From a virus (taxonomy: Duplodnaviria; Caudoviricetes): a stretch of DNA of 64,000 nucleotides. A model generated the notes under the pieces. The model worked only from the letters and a program-made list of their open reading frames with translations, searched no databases and was not told where the DNA came from. This document shows positions 53,511-63,007 of this stretch, one piece after another. The position numbers were made by a program, and so were the translations under genes. The first letter of the stretch is position 1. Every line of letters begins with the position of its first letter. The stretch covers positions 5,296 to 69,295 of the IMG/VR virus record IMGVR_UViG_2882682849_000004. One strand, written 5' to 3'.

Positions 53511-56500
53511 TTAATCCCACTTTACATGACTTCCGTTTTCATCTTTAATGACGGTGACGCTCTCCGGAAATTTTGCCTTAAATTCATAGTCATGTGTGAT
53601 AGCCATAATCTTTAAACCTGAATATCTGCCCCTTATTGTTTCTAATGCCTCAACATATGCCTCTGTGCCATCTGAATCCAGGAACGGGGGTTCATCAATA
53701 AAAAGCATTCCCATCTGCACCCCTGCAGATAATGACTTAATTTCAGCCAGTGCAAGGATTACTGCCAATGAAGACTTTACCTTTTCCCCTCCTGATTTTG
53801 ACAGGTAAGGCAGTGCGGACTTTCCGTATTCCTCTATAAAAATATCTAATGATACTTTTTCTTTTCCGTTCTTTTGCAGTCTTTCCAAACGGAATTCTAC
53901 TCCCATCCTGCCGCCTGTCATTTGCTCGAGAATAGTATTTGATGTTTCAGTCAGCTGAGGAATGATGGACCGGATAATCTGATGGGGAACTCCGCTTTGG
54001 CTAAAAGCTATTTTTAAAGCATCGTAATCAGCTGTTTCTTTTGCAAATTCCATCTGCTTGTCCTGCAACATTGAAATTTCTTTTTTCAGCTTGTCAACCT
54101 GCCTTGCCTTCTGTTGTAAAGCCCCTATATTCATTTGCTTTTCTTTTACCAGCAGGCTATAGGCTTCTACATCCGAATTCATTTTGGCAACAATTCCGGC
54201 CAGTTCTTCCATACCCCTCATTGCGAGGATTTCTTTATCTGCTTCTGCCTGTTTTTCTAAAATTTCCTTGTCAATGTTCAGCAGTTCCTCTGTCAGCTCC
54301 AATATACGTTTTGTTGCCGTGGCATTTTTTTCCTCGGCCACCGGAATCTGCATTTCTTTTTCGATCCATGGTTCCAGACTCGCTATTTCGCTTTGCACCT
54401 TAACATGTTCCGAAAAAGCATCAGCACATAAATCGCGCTTTTTTTCCGCCTCAATACCCTCTGATTTGACCTTAGCAAGCCTTTTTTCCGCTTCGGATAT
54501 ATTTATCTGCAAATGCTTAATATCAGCCTCCAATAAGGCTATTTGGCCTTCTCTCTGTTTAATGGCTTCAAGCTGAGATACATAGGGAAGAAGCGTCATA
54601 CATTCATTCCGGAGGGTTTCAAGAACATCTGCATCAAAATTTACTGCATTCATTTCAGCCAGTTTTTCGTTAATAGTCTGATTTGATTTTTTCAACTCTG
54701 CATCCTGTCTGGCGGCGATATCCGTATACAATTCATCAAATGTATCCAGCCTTTCTTTTGCCTCAACAGCATCCTGTAAAAACTTGCAGTGAGCATTCTC
54801 AATATCCACGCATCCTGATTCTTTGAGGATTTCCACTTTCTTTTCCAATACTTTTTTCTGTTTATCTGCAGATTGTTTTTCCGTATCAAACTTCCTTATA
54901 AGGTCCTCATAGTGAAACAATGCCTTTGAATACTCTGTCTTTGCTTTCTGGTATATAACCGCTTTTTCCTGCAATTTTTCCAGCTCTGCCTTCTTTTGGG
55001 TATACTGCTCTGCCCTTTCCCTGATAACCGCATCCTGCTCCTTTGGCTGTGCTAATGACAGCTCATTCTCTTTCTGTCTTGCCTTTTCTTTGTATGCACC
55101 AATAGTTTGTTGCTCTGCCGCAGCCTGTTTTGCAAGGTTCTCCGCCTCCTGTTTTTTGGAAGAATAAAGTGCAGATTCACCTGCCAGCTCCAATTCACGC
55201 TTTAACAGTGCTTTGTGTTCAGCGGCTTTCGCTTTAATTTCTTCTTTTGCATTAAGGATAACTGCACTGCTGTCAATGATCGCCTGCTGGTTTATCCTGT
55301 TCTGCCCAACAGTCTCCTTTTTCCTTTGCAATGCAGTAATTGCGTCCGTCAGTTTAAATCTTCTCTCCGCTGCCTCCTGCTGGTTTGTAAGGAGTAATTT
55401 ATTTTTGTCCCTCTCTGCAACTTTCAGGGTTAAGACGTTTTCATACTCTCCTAACTCTTCCTGGCATTTACTAAGCTCCTCATCCGGATTCCCAAGGTCG
55501 GATATGGCCTTGCTATGAATTTCAATCTCTTTTTTTATCTCCTGATTCTTTGCTCCATTTACCTTGGCCTTGTCCTGGGCAATTTTCTCAATCAGTTTAT
55601 AGATGCCTAATCCAAGGAGTTCTCCAAGGACCTCAACTCTTTCCTCTGGTTTAGCCTGTAAAAATAATCCGTACTGATCCTGCATAATCAGGGCGCAGGA
55701 TTTAAATGTGAAGCTGTCCATACCAAGGATATCCAAAATTTCCTGCTGGGTATCGTTGTATCTCTCCTTAGAGCAGTCTTCCCATCTGCCATCAATAAAA
55801 CATGATAAATTAAGTGTCCCCTTACCCGAGCGGGCTCTGGTCCTTGTCACCCGGTATTTCTTTTCTCCAATCCGGAAGGTAAACATAATAGAACCTGAAC
55901 GCGCCGACTCATCATTACGCAGCCACGGAGATTTGCCCGTTTCATCTTTGATAACGCCTTCCCGCGGCTGCTCATAGAGACAATCAAGAATTGCATCCAT
56001 AAACAGGCTGCTCTTACCGGCGCCATTCTGCCCGTTGATGGTACAGAAAGTGATATCTTCAAAATTAAAAGTTTCTTCTTCGTAGTTACGGTAATTCCTG
56101 ACCGATATTTCTACTGGTTCAAACATGCCGGTATTGACTATTGTTGGCATATTTGCCTCTGCCTCCGCGATAATTGGCCTGGCCTTAAGCACCAGCTCCT
56201 GTATCTTATCCGGCGGTACTTGTTTTTCTTCCAGGTATTTAACCAGATTAGCTTCAGGATCCGTTACATTAGCAAGCTCTGTTTTATTGGCAACTTCATC
56301 AGTTTTGTTATCAAGAAGCATCTCCCAAAGCATAAATGCCCCATCCTCAAGGAGAGTTTTTTCAACCAGCGCCTTATTTACCGCTTTACTGTTCTCTGCA
56401 GAGCAGCTATAGAAAATTCTCACTATCTTGTCCTGTACAGCTCCATTAAACCGCCAGTAGTTAAATGCCACTTCATCAATATTTCCCAGGTTAATCGCTG

Positions 56501-57368
56501 TAATGTCCGTATCTGTAAAGTTAAACGTAATATGATCCCTAAAGGGCGTTTTATAAAAAATGCTGTCCCATTCTCTACCAAATGGAAGCATTTCATGTAT
56601 CCAAAAGCCCCTTTCCTGCCCCTCGTCATTAAAATTCATCTGATTAATTGCTCCTGAGTAAAACCAGTAATGGGATAGCACCTGCTGAGGCCTGTGTATA
56701 TGTCCAAGAGCTACAAGGTCATAACCGGCTGTCAGAAGTGTCTCCGGTGCAATAACCGGCTCATACTTTGCCAATAGCATTGTCTGGCCGCTTTCTGTAT
56801 TGCATCCCGGCACTGTATAATGCGCCATGAGTATACTTGTCTTATCCGGGTTACACTGTGCTTTTAAACCGAGAACAATATTGGCAAGCTCCTTTGTAAA
56901 TACTTCATTTTCCTGCTCGCTGGAAAGCCCGGGGAATTGGGCCCGGTAAGTTCCCCTGTCAAATCCTGGTAAAACTGCTATATCCGCATCATCAAAAGAA
57001 AGCACCTGCGGCGTAACTACAATATGTACATTAGGGAAGGCTCCAAACATTTCCGCAAGGACCTTAAACTGACCGATACCGTCATGATTTGGCGTACCCC
57101 TCATTACAACAACTTCTTTGCAAATTGCAGACAATTTCCGGATATAATGAATTGCTGTCACGATTTCCTCACAACACCTGTCAGACCAGAGGCGGCCCAC
57201 GTCAAATACATCCCCTGAAATAAGGCAGTAATCTGTTTTTTCTTCTTTGGCCACTCTTAGCAGTTCATCCAAACAACGCTTTGTATCTTCCGTCCGCAAA
57301 TTAATCCCATCCCTGACCGGGCTTCGGAATGTTCCCAGGTGCCAGTCTGCCGTTGCTAAAATCTTCAT
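53511..57368 (-). CDS. Single-chain SbcD-SbcC (Mre11-Rad50-like) nuclease-ATPase
   Basis: ADWHLG, GDVFD, GTPNHD, LGHIH (metallophosphoesterase); GQNGAGKS, KSGGE, LFIDE (ABC ATPase); long coiled coil. Confidence 0.92.
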   Translation of the reverse strand: MKILATADWHLGTFRSPVRDGINLRTEDTKRCLDELLRVAKEEKTDYCLISGDVFDVGRLWSDRCCEEIVTAIHYIRKLSAICKEVVVMRGTPNHDGIGQFKVLAEMFGAFPNVHIVVTPQVLSFDDADIAVLPGFDRGTYRAQFPGLSSEQENEVFTKELANIVLGLKAQCNPDKTSILMAHYTVPGCNTESGQTMLLAKYEPVIAPETLLTAGYDLVALGHIHRPQQVLSHYWFYSGAINQMNFNDEGQERGFWIHEMLPFGREWDSIFYKTPFRDHITFNFTDTDITAINLGNIDEVAFNYWRFNGAVQDKIVRIFYSCSAENSKAVNKALVEKTLLEDGAFMLWEMLLDNKTDEVANKTELANVTDPEANLVKYLEEKQVPPDKIQELVLKARPIIAEAEANMPTIVNTGMFEPVEISVRNYRNYEEETFNFEDITFCTINGQNGAGKSSLFMDAILDCLYEQPREGVIKDETGKSPWLRNDESARSGSIMFTFRIGEKKYRVTRTRARSGKGTLNLSCFIDGRWEDCSKERYNDTQQEILDILGMDSFTFKSCALIMQDQYGLFLQAKPEERVEVLGELLGLGIYKLIEKIAQDKAKVNGAKNQEIKKEIEIHSKAISDLGNPDEELSKCQEELGEYENVLTLKVAERDKNKLLLTNQQEAAERRFKLTDAITALQRKKETVGQNRINQQAIIDSSAVILNAKEEIKAKAAEHKALLKRELELAGESALYSSKKQEAENLAKQAAAEQQTIGAYKEKARQKENELSLAQPKEQDAVIRERAEQYTQKKAELEKLQEKAVIYQKAKTEYSKALFHYEDLIRKFDTEKQSADKQKKVLEKKVEILKESGCVDIENAHCKFLQDAVEAKERLDTFDELYTDIAARQDAELKKSNQTINEKLAEMNAVNFDADVLETLRNECMTLLPYVSQLEAIKQREGQIALLEADIKHLQINISEAEKRLAKVKSEGIEAEKKRDLCADAFSEHVKVQSEIASLEPWIEKEMQIPVAEEKNATATKRILELTEELLNIDKEILEKQAEADKEILAMRGMEELAGIVAKMNSDVEAYSLLVKEKQMNIGALQQKARQVDKLKKEISMLQDKQMEFAKETADYDALKIAFSQSGVPHQIIRSIIPQLTETSNTILEQMTGGRMGVEFRLERLQKNGKEKVSLDIFIEEYGKSALPYLSKSGGEKVKSSLAVILALAEIKSLSAGVQMGMLFIDEPPFLDSDGTEAYVEALETIRGRYSGLKIMAITHDYEFKAKFPESVTVIKDENGSHVKWD

Positions 57369-57370
57369 TT

Positions 57371-57808
57371 TTAAGATTCCTCCTTTATCTCTTTTGCTGT
57401 ATGGAGCAAGTCACTAAGCTTCTGCTCCAGTACAGCAAAAACTTTATCATCTATTCCACAGAAGCCTATCCCATCATCTTCCCAAGCCTCGCCGACAAGA
57501 AGGATGTTTCCTACAATCCTTTGCTTATGTATGTCCGTCTCATAAAGATAACTCCCTATCAGATTAGGCGGAATATCTTTTAATAAGCCTTCTTCATCCA
57601 CCAGCATGCATACACACTCTCCGGGCACATTGGTTGTACTGTGTTTCATTTGCAGTTCCGAATATAATCTCTTTGGCGTAACCCGCTCATAAATACTGCA
57701 ATGATTCCCGATCAATTCACGTAAAATATGGTTTTGCTGTGAATAATTCCCTTCCGGAAAATCATGGACTGTCAGCTCAAGGTCTGTGCTAATCTTTATA
57801 ATTTTCAC
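57371..57808 (-). CDS. DUF3846-like hypothetical protein
   Basis: MLVDEEGLLK..PPN..GSYLY...IVGNILLVG. Confidence 0.7.
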   Translation of the reverse strand: MKIIKISTDLELTVHDFPEGNYSQQNHILRELIGNHCSIYERVTPKRLYSELQMKHSTTNVPGECVCMLVDEEGLLKDIPPNLIGSYLYETDIHKQRIVGNILLVGEAWEDDGIGFCGIDDKVFAVLEQKLSDLLHTAKEIKEES

Positions 57809-58809
57809 TATCTCATTCCTCCCCTCTGTCCATTTCTCATAAGTTTCTGGCATTTATAGCACAGTGGCCGGTCAAACTTATCAACACTATAGTTCCAGAC
57901 ACGTTCTTCAATATGGCATCCACACTTATCACAGTAAAAATCCTGCGCCCTAATGCCATCATCTGACCGGACCAGAGCTTCATCCTGTATTGTTTCCTCC
58001 GTATATGTACCGTCAACATACTGGTCGTAATTTTCACCGTCTGAAGCTTCTATGGAGGCATGTTCTGGTACCTTCGTTTCAATCTGTTCAACACTTGGGG
58101 AATTGCCAAACAACCTTTGCTCCGCTCCAAACATGCTGCTTATGGCCGCCCGCCTCACTTCCTCATGATTTAAATTAGGAACAAGGTATGCCACAACAAA
58201 AGGCTTTTTTAATTCTTCCAGCGTATAAGTACCTTTAATGTGTAAAGCTGTCCGGATTGCCCCGTTCAGCGCCTTCGCTTCGCAAATTTGCGGTAAATGC
58301 TTCATAAACTCGGCCCGCTGCTTGTCTGTCATGCCTGGCGTAACATTATCAACTATAATCTCGTGGGTATCATCAACTGTGAGAATTTCTCCTGTCATCT
58401 GTGGAACAGATATTGAAACCCGAAAAGCAACATCCTTATTCCGGCAGTTTCCGCATTGCACTACTTTTCCGCTGTGCTGATTGACGGCCACGCATTTCTG
58501 GCATGTTGTTGGAATTACATGCTCGCTTGCCAGCGTCTTAATTCCTGCTCCGTCTGCCAGCTTCTTGAGACCATTCTTGGTAATTGCATATAAATTAGGT
58601 ATAGCAGGATGATATTTTCCATTTCCATCCGTATATGCATCTTTGGCTTTCTGATGAATATACACTTCTCCATTTTTGGGGTTTGTGTCCAGGCGTACTA
58701 CCTGAACTACTGGTGACTTGATATCCGGTATTTCAGAAATCACATCTGTATTTCCAAGCAGGTTATATTTTTCAACCGGATATTTTTTAGAAATTGTTAA
58801 TTCATTCAT
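57808..58809 (-). CDS. Putative recombination / ssDNA-annealing protein with C-terminal zinc finger
   Basis: Adjacent to SbcDC; CDKCG...PLCYKCQK C-terminus as seen on phage annealases. Confidence 0.5.
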   Translation of the reverse strand: MNELTISKKYPVEKYNLLGNTDVISEIPDIKSPVVQVVRLDTNPKNGEVYIHQKAKDAYTDGNGKYHPAIPNLYAITKNGLKKLADGAGIKTLASEHVIPTTCQKCVAVNQHSGKVVQCGNCRNKDVAFRVSISVPQMTGEILTVDDTHEIIVDNVTPGMTDKQRAEFMKHLPQICEAKALNGAIRTALHIKGTYTLEELKKPFVVAYLVPNLNHEEVRRAAISSMFGAEQRLFGNSPSVEQIETKVPEHASIEASDGENYDQYVDGTYTEETIQDEALVRSDDGIRAQDFYCDKCGCHIEERVWNYSVDKFDRPLCYKCQKLMRNGQRGGMR

Positions 58810-59141
58810 AGAAATTTACCTCCATATTGTAGATTTTTGTTGCTTTCTGATGCAGGGCATGCTACAATATGGATATTCCGAGGGGCGCTCTGGCTTTTTG
58901 CCGAGTGCTCTTTTTCCATACCCTTCAGTTCCCTGCATACACACATTGTAAACTCTGAAAAAGCAAAGCTTCTTACATATTCCTCTGCCAGCTTCACAAG
59001 ATACCAGTTCTGCATCACAGTTTGTTCCTGAGTTTGATTATATATGTACCTTTGTTTCCTTTCTGCATACCCTAACACCCGCTGGAACAGGCTGTCTGGT
59101 ATCTCCATTTTCAGTAATTCTTCTACCTCCTTTTTTTCCAC
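58806..59141 (-). CDS. Hypothetical protein
   Basis: GTG start with AGGAGG. Confidence 0.65.
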   Translation of the reverse strand: MEKKEVEELLKMEIPDSLFQRVLGYAERKQRYIYNQTQEQTVMQNWYLVKLAEEYVRSFAFSEFTMCVCRELKGMEKEHSAKSQSAPRNIHIVACPASESNKNLQYGGKFL

Positions 59142-59145
59142 GCTT

Positions 59146-59397
59146 TTACCTCCTAAAATATTTAAAAAAAAGACTAATATTATAATAAGTTGCTACAAAA
59201 GCTATCAAAATCAGAATGTATTCACCGCCGTATGCCTTATACCCCCTTTCTTCATACGCTATTTGCATTACCCAAAGCGATACAAAATAAGCGGCAGAAA
59301 AAGAGAAAAATGTTTTAATCATAAACAAGATTATAATTTCCGGAATACTGTCCTTTTTCATTTTAGCTTTCCCGTCATTTATTTTGCTGTCACACAT
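59146..59397 (-). CDS. Small two-TM membrane protein
   Basis: IAYEERGYKAYGGEY between two hydrophobic helices. Confidence 0.7.
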   Translation of the reverse strand: MCDSKINDGKAKMKKDSIPEIIILFMIKTFFSFSAAYFVSLWVMQIAYEERGYKAYGGEYILILIAFVATYYNISLFFKYFRR

Positions 59398-59410
59398 TTA
59401 CTGCCTCCTT

Positions 59411-60091
59411 CTACCTATAAAACCTGAGCTCATCAGATTGATACAAAAAATTTAAATTCCGGCTATGCCAGTTATCATCTTCTTTGCAACTCTCAAAATA
59501 CAAGGCTCCCTCCGAATAGTCATTTGCCCAATTCCTGATTTCTGATACTGCCTCATAACATTCCGGATTAGGCTCAACCCTATCCCACCGGCCATTGCCA
59601 ACACACGAAAACTGATATACCCCGCTTGTTTCGTTATATTGAAAGATTACTTCGCGGACAGAATTAGGAAACAAGTCACTTTCTACTCTGTTAAGGACTG
59701 TCCTTATTACCATCATCTTGCAATGTATCGAAGCCCCTTCTGCTTCTGCCATTGCAATCTTAGCAAGCAAATATATGTCTTCAGTACTCCATTCCTTATA
59801 ACATATAAGATCCGGAAACATTTCTGCTTCAGCGGGCTCATCCTGAATTTCCATTTCGGATGAAGTATTCTCTGTTTGCAGAAGGAGTTCTGTTTCATTT
59901 ATTATGTAAGGAATTGTCTCTATTTCTATCGTTGGAATTGCTGTGGCAGGCTCTTCCTTTCCAGCTGCATATGCTATAGATACAGAACCTATAGTCAATA
60001 TGGCTCCTATACTCCAAATGCTAAGCGCCCACTTCTGCAATCCCGGCCACCTCCCCTGCAAAGCACATCTGCATTTGTCCATCCCGTCCAA
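59411..60091 (-). CDS. SleB-like cell wall hydrolase (Hydrolase_2) with N-terminal TM/signal
   Basis: LAKIAMAEAEG...VIRTVLNRV..FPNSVREVIFQ...YQFS...GALYF. Confidence 0.88.
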   Translation of the reverse strand: MDGMDKCRCALQGRWPGLQKWALSIWSIGAILTIGSVSIAYAAGKEEPATAIPTIEIETIPYIINETELLLQTENTSSEMEIQDEPAEAEMFPDLICYKEWSTEDIYLLAKIAMAEAEGASIHCKMMVIRTVLNRVESDLFPNSVREVIFQYNETSGVYQFSCVGNGRWDRVEPNPECYEAVSEIRNWANDYSEGALYFESCKEDDNWHSRNLNFLYQSDELRFYR

Positions 60092-60206
60092 TTTTCATCA
60101 TGCTCTGCATTTTCCGCCTATCCTGCTCCTTTTCTTCCTGACAGTCGCATGATTCGCCCGGATCAAGATTTGAACCGCATAGCGGACATGTTTTATAAAA
60201 CGCCAT
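60021..60206 (-). CDS. Small zinc-ribbon protein
   Basis: MAFYKTCPLCGSNLDPGESCDCQ. Confidence 0.7.
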   Translation of the reverse strand: MAFYKTCPLCGSNLDPGESCDCQEEKEQDRRKMQSMMKIGRDGQMQMCFAGEVAGIAEVGA

Positions 60207-60221
60207 TTTCCCTTTTCCCTC

Positions 60222-60458
60222 CTATTCTTCTATCATGCACCTCTCTAAAAAATACTTACGCGGTACTTTTCCCTGCGGTATTCCGGGATATATTCTTCCC
60301 GCGTCTATTAACTCTTTTCGCAGCCCCCGGATAATTTCATACGCTTTGTTTTCTTTACATCCCAGGTAACCCATAACCTCGGGCGCTCCTATGTAATAAC
60401 TTGGTGCTGCAGATATTACGCCTGGCGCTTTTATCACCGCGTTCGGTGTAAATCCCAT
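60222..60458 (-). CDS. Excisionase-like HTH protein
   Basis: YIGAPEVMGYLGCKENKAYEIIRGLRKEL...GKVPRKYF, similar to xis at 2883-3062. Confidence 0.72.
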   Translation of the reverse strand: MGFTPNAVIKAPGVISAAPSYYIGAPEVMGYLGCKENKAYEIIRGLRKELIDAGRIYPGIPQGKVPRKYFLERCMIEE

Positions 60459-60470
60459 AAAATCCCTCCT

Positions 60471-60854
60471 TCACTCTATACTAAGGTTCTTAATATTCTT
60501 CACTGACGGATTATCCATGTTACAAATTTCCGGATTATGACGAATCTGAATTGTCTCATATCGGTCGATAACGGACTGTGTAATCTTATTTACCTCTTTC
60601 AGTGTTAACATTTCCGTTCGGGATGGTGCATCTACTTCTTTCATTAATGCCTGCTTCAAATTTGACATAGCGATTTCCAAGTAAGCATCTCCATAGAGTG
60701 TGTGAAAATGCAAATCCTGCTGTACATTGCCAATCCCCTGATCCTGCAAAACATAATGTTTCAAAAAACCTTTAACGATGGCGTCACTATCTAAGTCATT
60801 ATGGGCTAAGTCAAACAGCCATGTCCCCTTATCCCCCATCCATGCCTTTACCAT
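60471..60854 (-). CDS. Hypothetical protein
   Basis: 127-aa ORF in early operon. Confidence 0.65.
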   Translation of the reverse strand: MVKAWMGDKGTWLFDLAHNDLDSDAIVKGFLKHYVLQDQGIGNVQQDLHFHTLYGDAYLEIAMSNLKQALMKEVDAPSRTEMLTLKEVNKITQSVIDRYETIQIRHNPEICNMDNPSVKNIKNLSIE

Positions 60855-60856
60855 AA

Positions 60857-61369
60857 TTACTTGTCCTCTCTTTCAAAAGCTGCCTTACCATCATTCATAT
60901 TTTTCTTTATCCAGATTTTCAGGTTCTGTGTAACGCCTTCCAATTCCTCCAGATTTTTGAGTACTTTGTTCAGGGCCTCCTTTTCATCCTCAGAAATAAC
61001 GCCATCCTCCGTTATATCCAAAAGCAGCTCCCTGGTCTCATTAATTTTTCGGAATGATGCCAATGCCTTAATGGATATCCTGTCTAAATCATCTGCATTT
61101 ACTTTAGGCATTTCACATCCAAGAGGACACATTTCCGTGCAATAATAATTTTCTAATTCCGGAGCATTGTATAAACTTGACATTTTCACAACCATATCTG
61201 GAGGAATAATTTTAGTCAGCCCCAGCTCATAATCTGATAAAGTCGAAACAGATACCCCAAGTAATTCAGCAGCCCCTTCCTTGGAAAATAGTTTTTCATT
61301 GTATTGTGCAGCCGCCAGCCTTGCCTTGCAGAAAGGGTTATCTGCCGCTTTTGTTGGTCTTCTTCCCAT
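60857..61369 (-). CDS. XRE/CII-like phage regulatory protein
   Basis: SKEGAAELLGVSVSTLSDYELG...YNAPELENYYC..CPLG. Confidence 0.8.
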   Translation of the reverse strand: MGRRPTKAADNPFCKARLAAAQYNEKLFSKEGAAELLGVSVSTLSDYELGLTKIIPPDMVVKMSSLYNAPELENYYCTEMCPLGCEMPKVNADDLDRISIKALASFRKINETRELLLDITEDGVISEDEKEALNKVLKNLEELEGVTQNLKIWIKKNMNDGKAAFEREDK

Positions 61370-61928
61370 TTCCGTTTCCTTTCTCCACTTTGAAGCCTCT
61401 TTTTACCAGTTCGTTAATCAGGACTTCATCACAACAGTTTGAAGCATCCATTGGCTGAATTACTTGTCGCTCGATATCTTCCATGTAAGTGTTATAGCGC
61501 TGGGCAAGCCTTACCTCTTTCCTTGAAAGTTCTGCCTTCGTCTGCGCTATGTCATCATCCATGAGCCCTTTAAAATGCAAACTTCTACACTTATCATCCA
61601 ATAATCGAATATATGTCCTCACACATTCTGCAAAATATTGGGAACTAAGTTTATCCTCATGGTAACGATTCTCGACATTGATTTCTGCGTTCCCACCATT
61701 CAGAACGGATTCCATAGTCGTATTGAAATACTTTGATATTTTAATTACATCTTCCAACGTGAGTTTTTTAATCCCACGGTCAACTTGCTCCGTGAAGTCT
61801 GCTTCTAGGCCTATCGCCTTTTCCGCAGCATCCAAAGTAAGTTTCCTGTTCTTTGCCAACTCTTTCATTGCCCTTTTAAACGGATCAGACTGGTTATATT
61901 CACGTAATCTTTCTTCTACAGATGCCAT
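61338..61928 (-). CDS. XRE-domain protein
   Basis: LTLDAAEKAIG...LTLEDVIKISKYFNTTMESVL. Confidence 0.65.
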   Translation of the reverse strand: MASVEERLREYNQSDPFKRAMKELAKNRKLTLDAAEKAIGLEADFTEQVDRGIKKLTLEDVIKISKYFNTTMESVLNGGNAEINVENRYHEDKLSSQYFAECVRTYIRLLDDKCRSLHFKGLMDDDIAQTKAELSRKEVRLAQRYNTYMEDIERQVIQPMDASNCCDEVLINELVKRGFKVEKGNGNGKKTNKSGR

Positions 61929-61959
61929 TTATTTATCCTCCACTATACGATATAATTTC

Positions 61960-62181
61960 TTATATTTCATTTTGAAATGTGGCGAGGCAAAAAAAATCAT
62001 CTAACGAAATGCCCAAGGCGTCTGAAATCTTTTTTGCTTTTGAGAGATTGGGTTTTCTTGACCCATTTTCATATTGGGAAATAGTAGTCTGTTTTACACC
62101 TACACAATTAGCAAGCTCAGTTTGAGACATTCCCTTATTTTCTCGAAGTTGTTTAAGCGTCACTCTTTCATCTCCTTTCAT
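61960..62181 (-). CDS. cro: Cro-like repressor
   Basis: GMSQTELANCVGVKQTTISQYENGSRKP; divergent from cI-like gene. Confidence 0.9.
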   Translation of the reverse strand: MKGDERVTLKQLRENKGMSQTELANCVGVKQTTISQYENGSRKPNLSKAKKISDALGISLDDFFCLATFQNEI

Positions 62182-62283
62182 ATTTCATTATGAAATATAT
62201 ATTATGCCAATTTGAAATAATTGTCAATAGGTTTTTTATAACTTTATTTCATTGCGCAATTAGATTTTATTTCAAAATGTGAT
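61964..62283. promoter_or_regulatory. Lysogeny-switch operators ATTTCA-N3-TGAAAT and divergent promoters
   Basis: Perfect sites 61964-61978 and 62182-62196; partial sites 62204-62218, 62246-62260, 62269-62283; TTGACA (minus) at 62222-62227. Confidence 0.7.
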
Positions 62284-62304
62284 AAAATGTCTATAGGAGG
62301 AAAT

Positions 62305-62955
62305 ATGATGATAGGAAAACAATTAAAGTTATTACGAGAAGTAAAAAAACAAAGCCAACAAGATGTTTGTTCTAGGTTAAATATTGAGCAAAGTACTTTG
62401 GCAAATTATGAAAATGACAAACGTATTCCTAAAATTGACATACTAATTCGGTTAGCTGAATATTACAACGTATCTGTTGATGAATTACTTGGTCTAAAAA
62501 AGGTAAATTCATGTGGAAATTGCGATGATTATTTTTATGAAGAAGGGCTGGCTAATTGGAATATAAGAAAAAAATCAGAAGAATTAGGTCTTTCATATTC
62601 CGAAGTTTTAAGCCGAACTGGTATAGACGAAGAAAGATTCGACTTACTTTGGTATGGTAATAAGCAACCATTTGCTGAAGAACTTATACGTTTTTCAGAA
62701 GTATTAAATACCTCTATTGATTTCCTCTTAGATAATTCTCAAAGAGAAAAAATAACGGCAGATGAAGAAATTATTCTTTTATATTATAAAAAATTCCCAA
62801 CGGAAATCATGGAATTATTAAATTCATTTTGCACACTTTCAAAAAAGGATAGAGTTAAAATTCTCGGACGATGTTTTGAACTGGAAGATAATAAACCATC
62901 TGTTGCAGCAGATAGGCCATTAAAGAAAACAGGAACTACTAACTCGGTAAAATAG
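62305..62955 (+). CDS. cI: CI-like repressor with two HTH domains
   Basis: QSQQDVCSRLNIEQSTLANYENDKRIP and second HTH LSYSEVLSRTGID...LNTSIDFLL; no S24 peptidase domain seen. Confidence 0.82.
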   Translation: MMIGKQLKLLREVKKQSQQDVCSRLNIEQSTLANYENDKRIPKIDILIRLAEYYNVSVDELLGLKKVNSCGNCDDYFYEEGLANWNIRKKSEELGLSYSEVLSRTGIDEERFDLLWYGNKQPFAEELIRFSEVLNTSIDFLLDNSQREKITADEEIILLYYKKFPTEIMELLNSFCTLSKKDRVKILGRCFELEDNKPSVAADRPLKKTGTTNSVK

Positions 62956-63007
62956 TATCCTTCGAGTGGTACCGGAGGAACAAAAGATAAAATATAAAGA
63001 GGCATGA

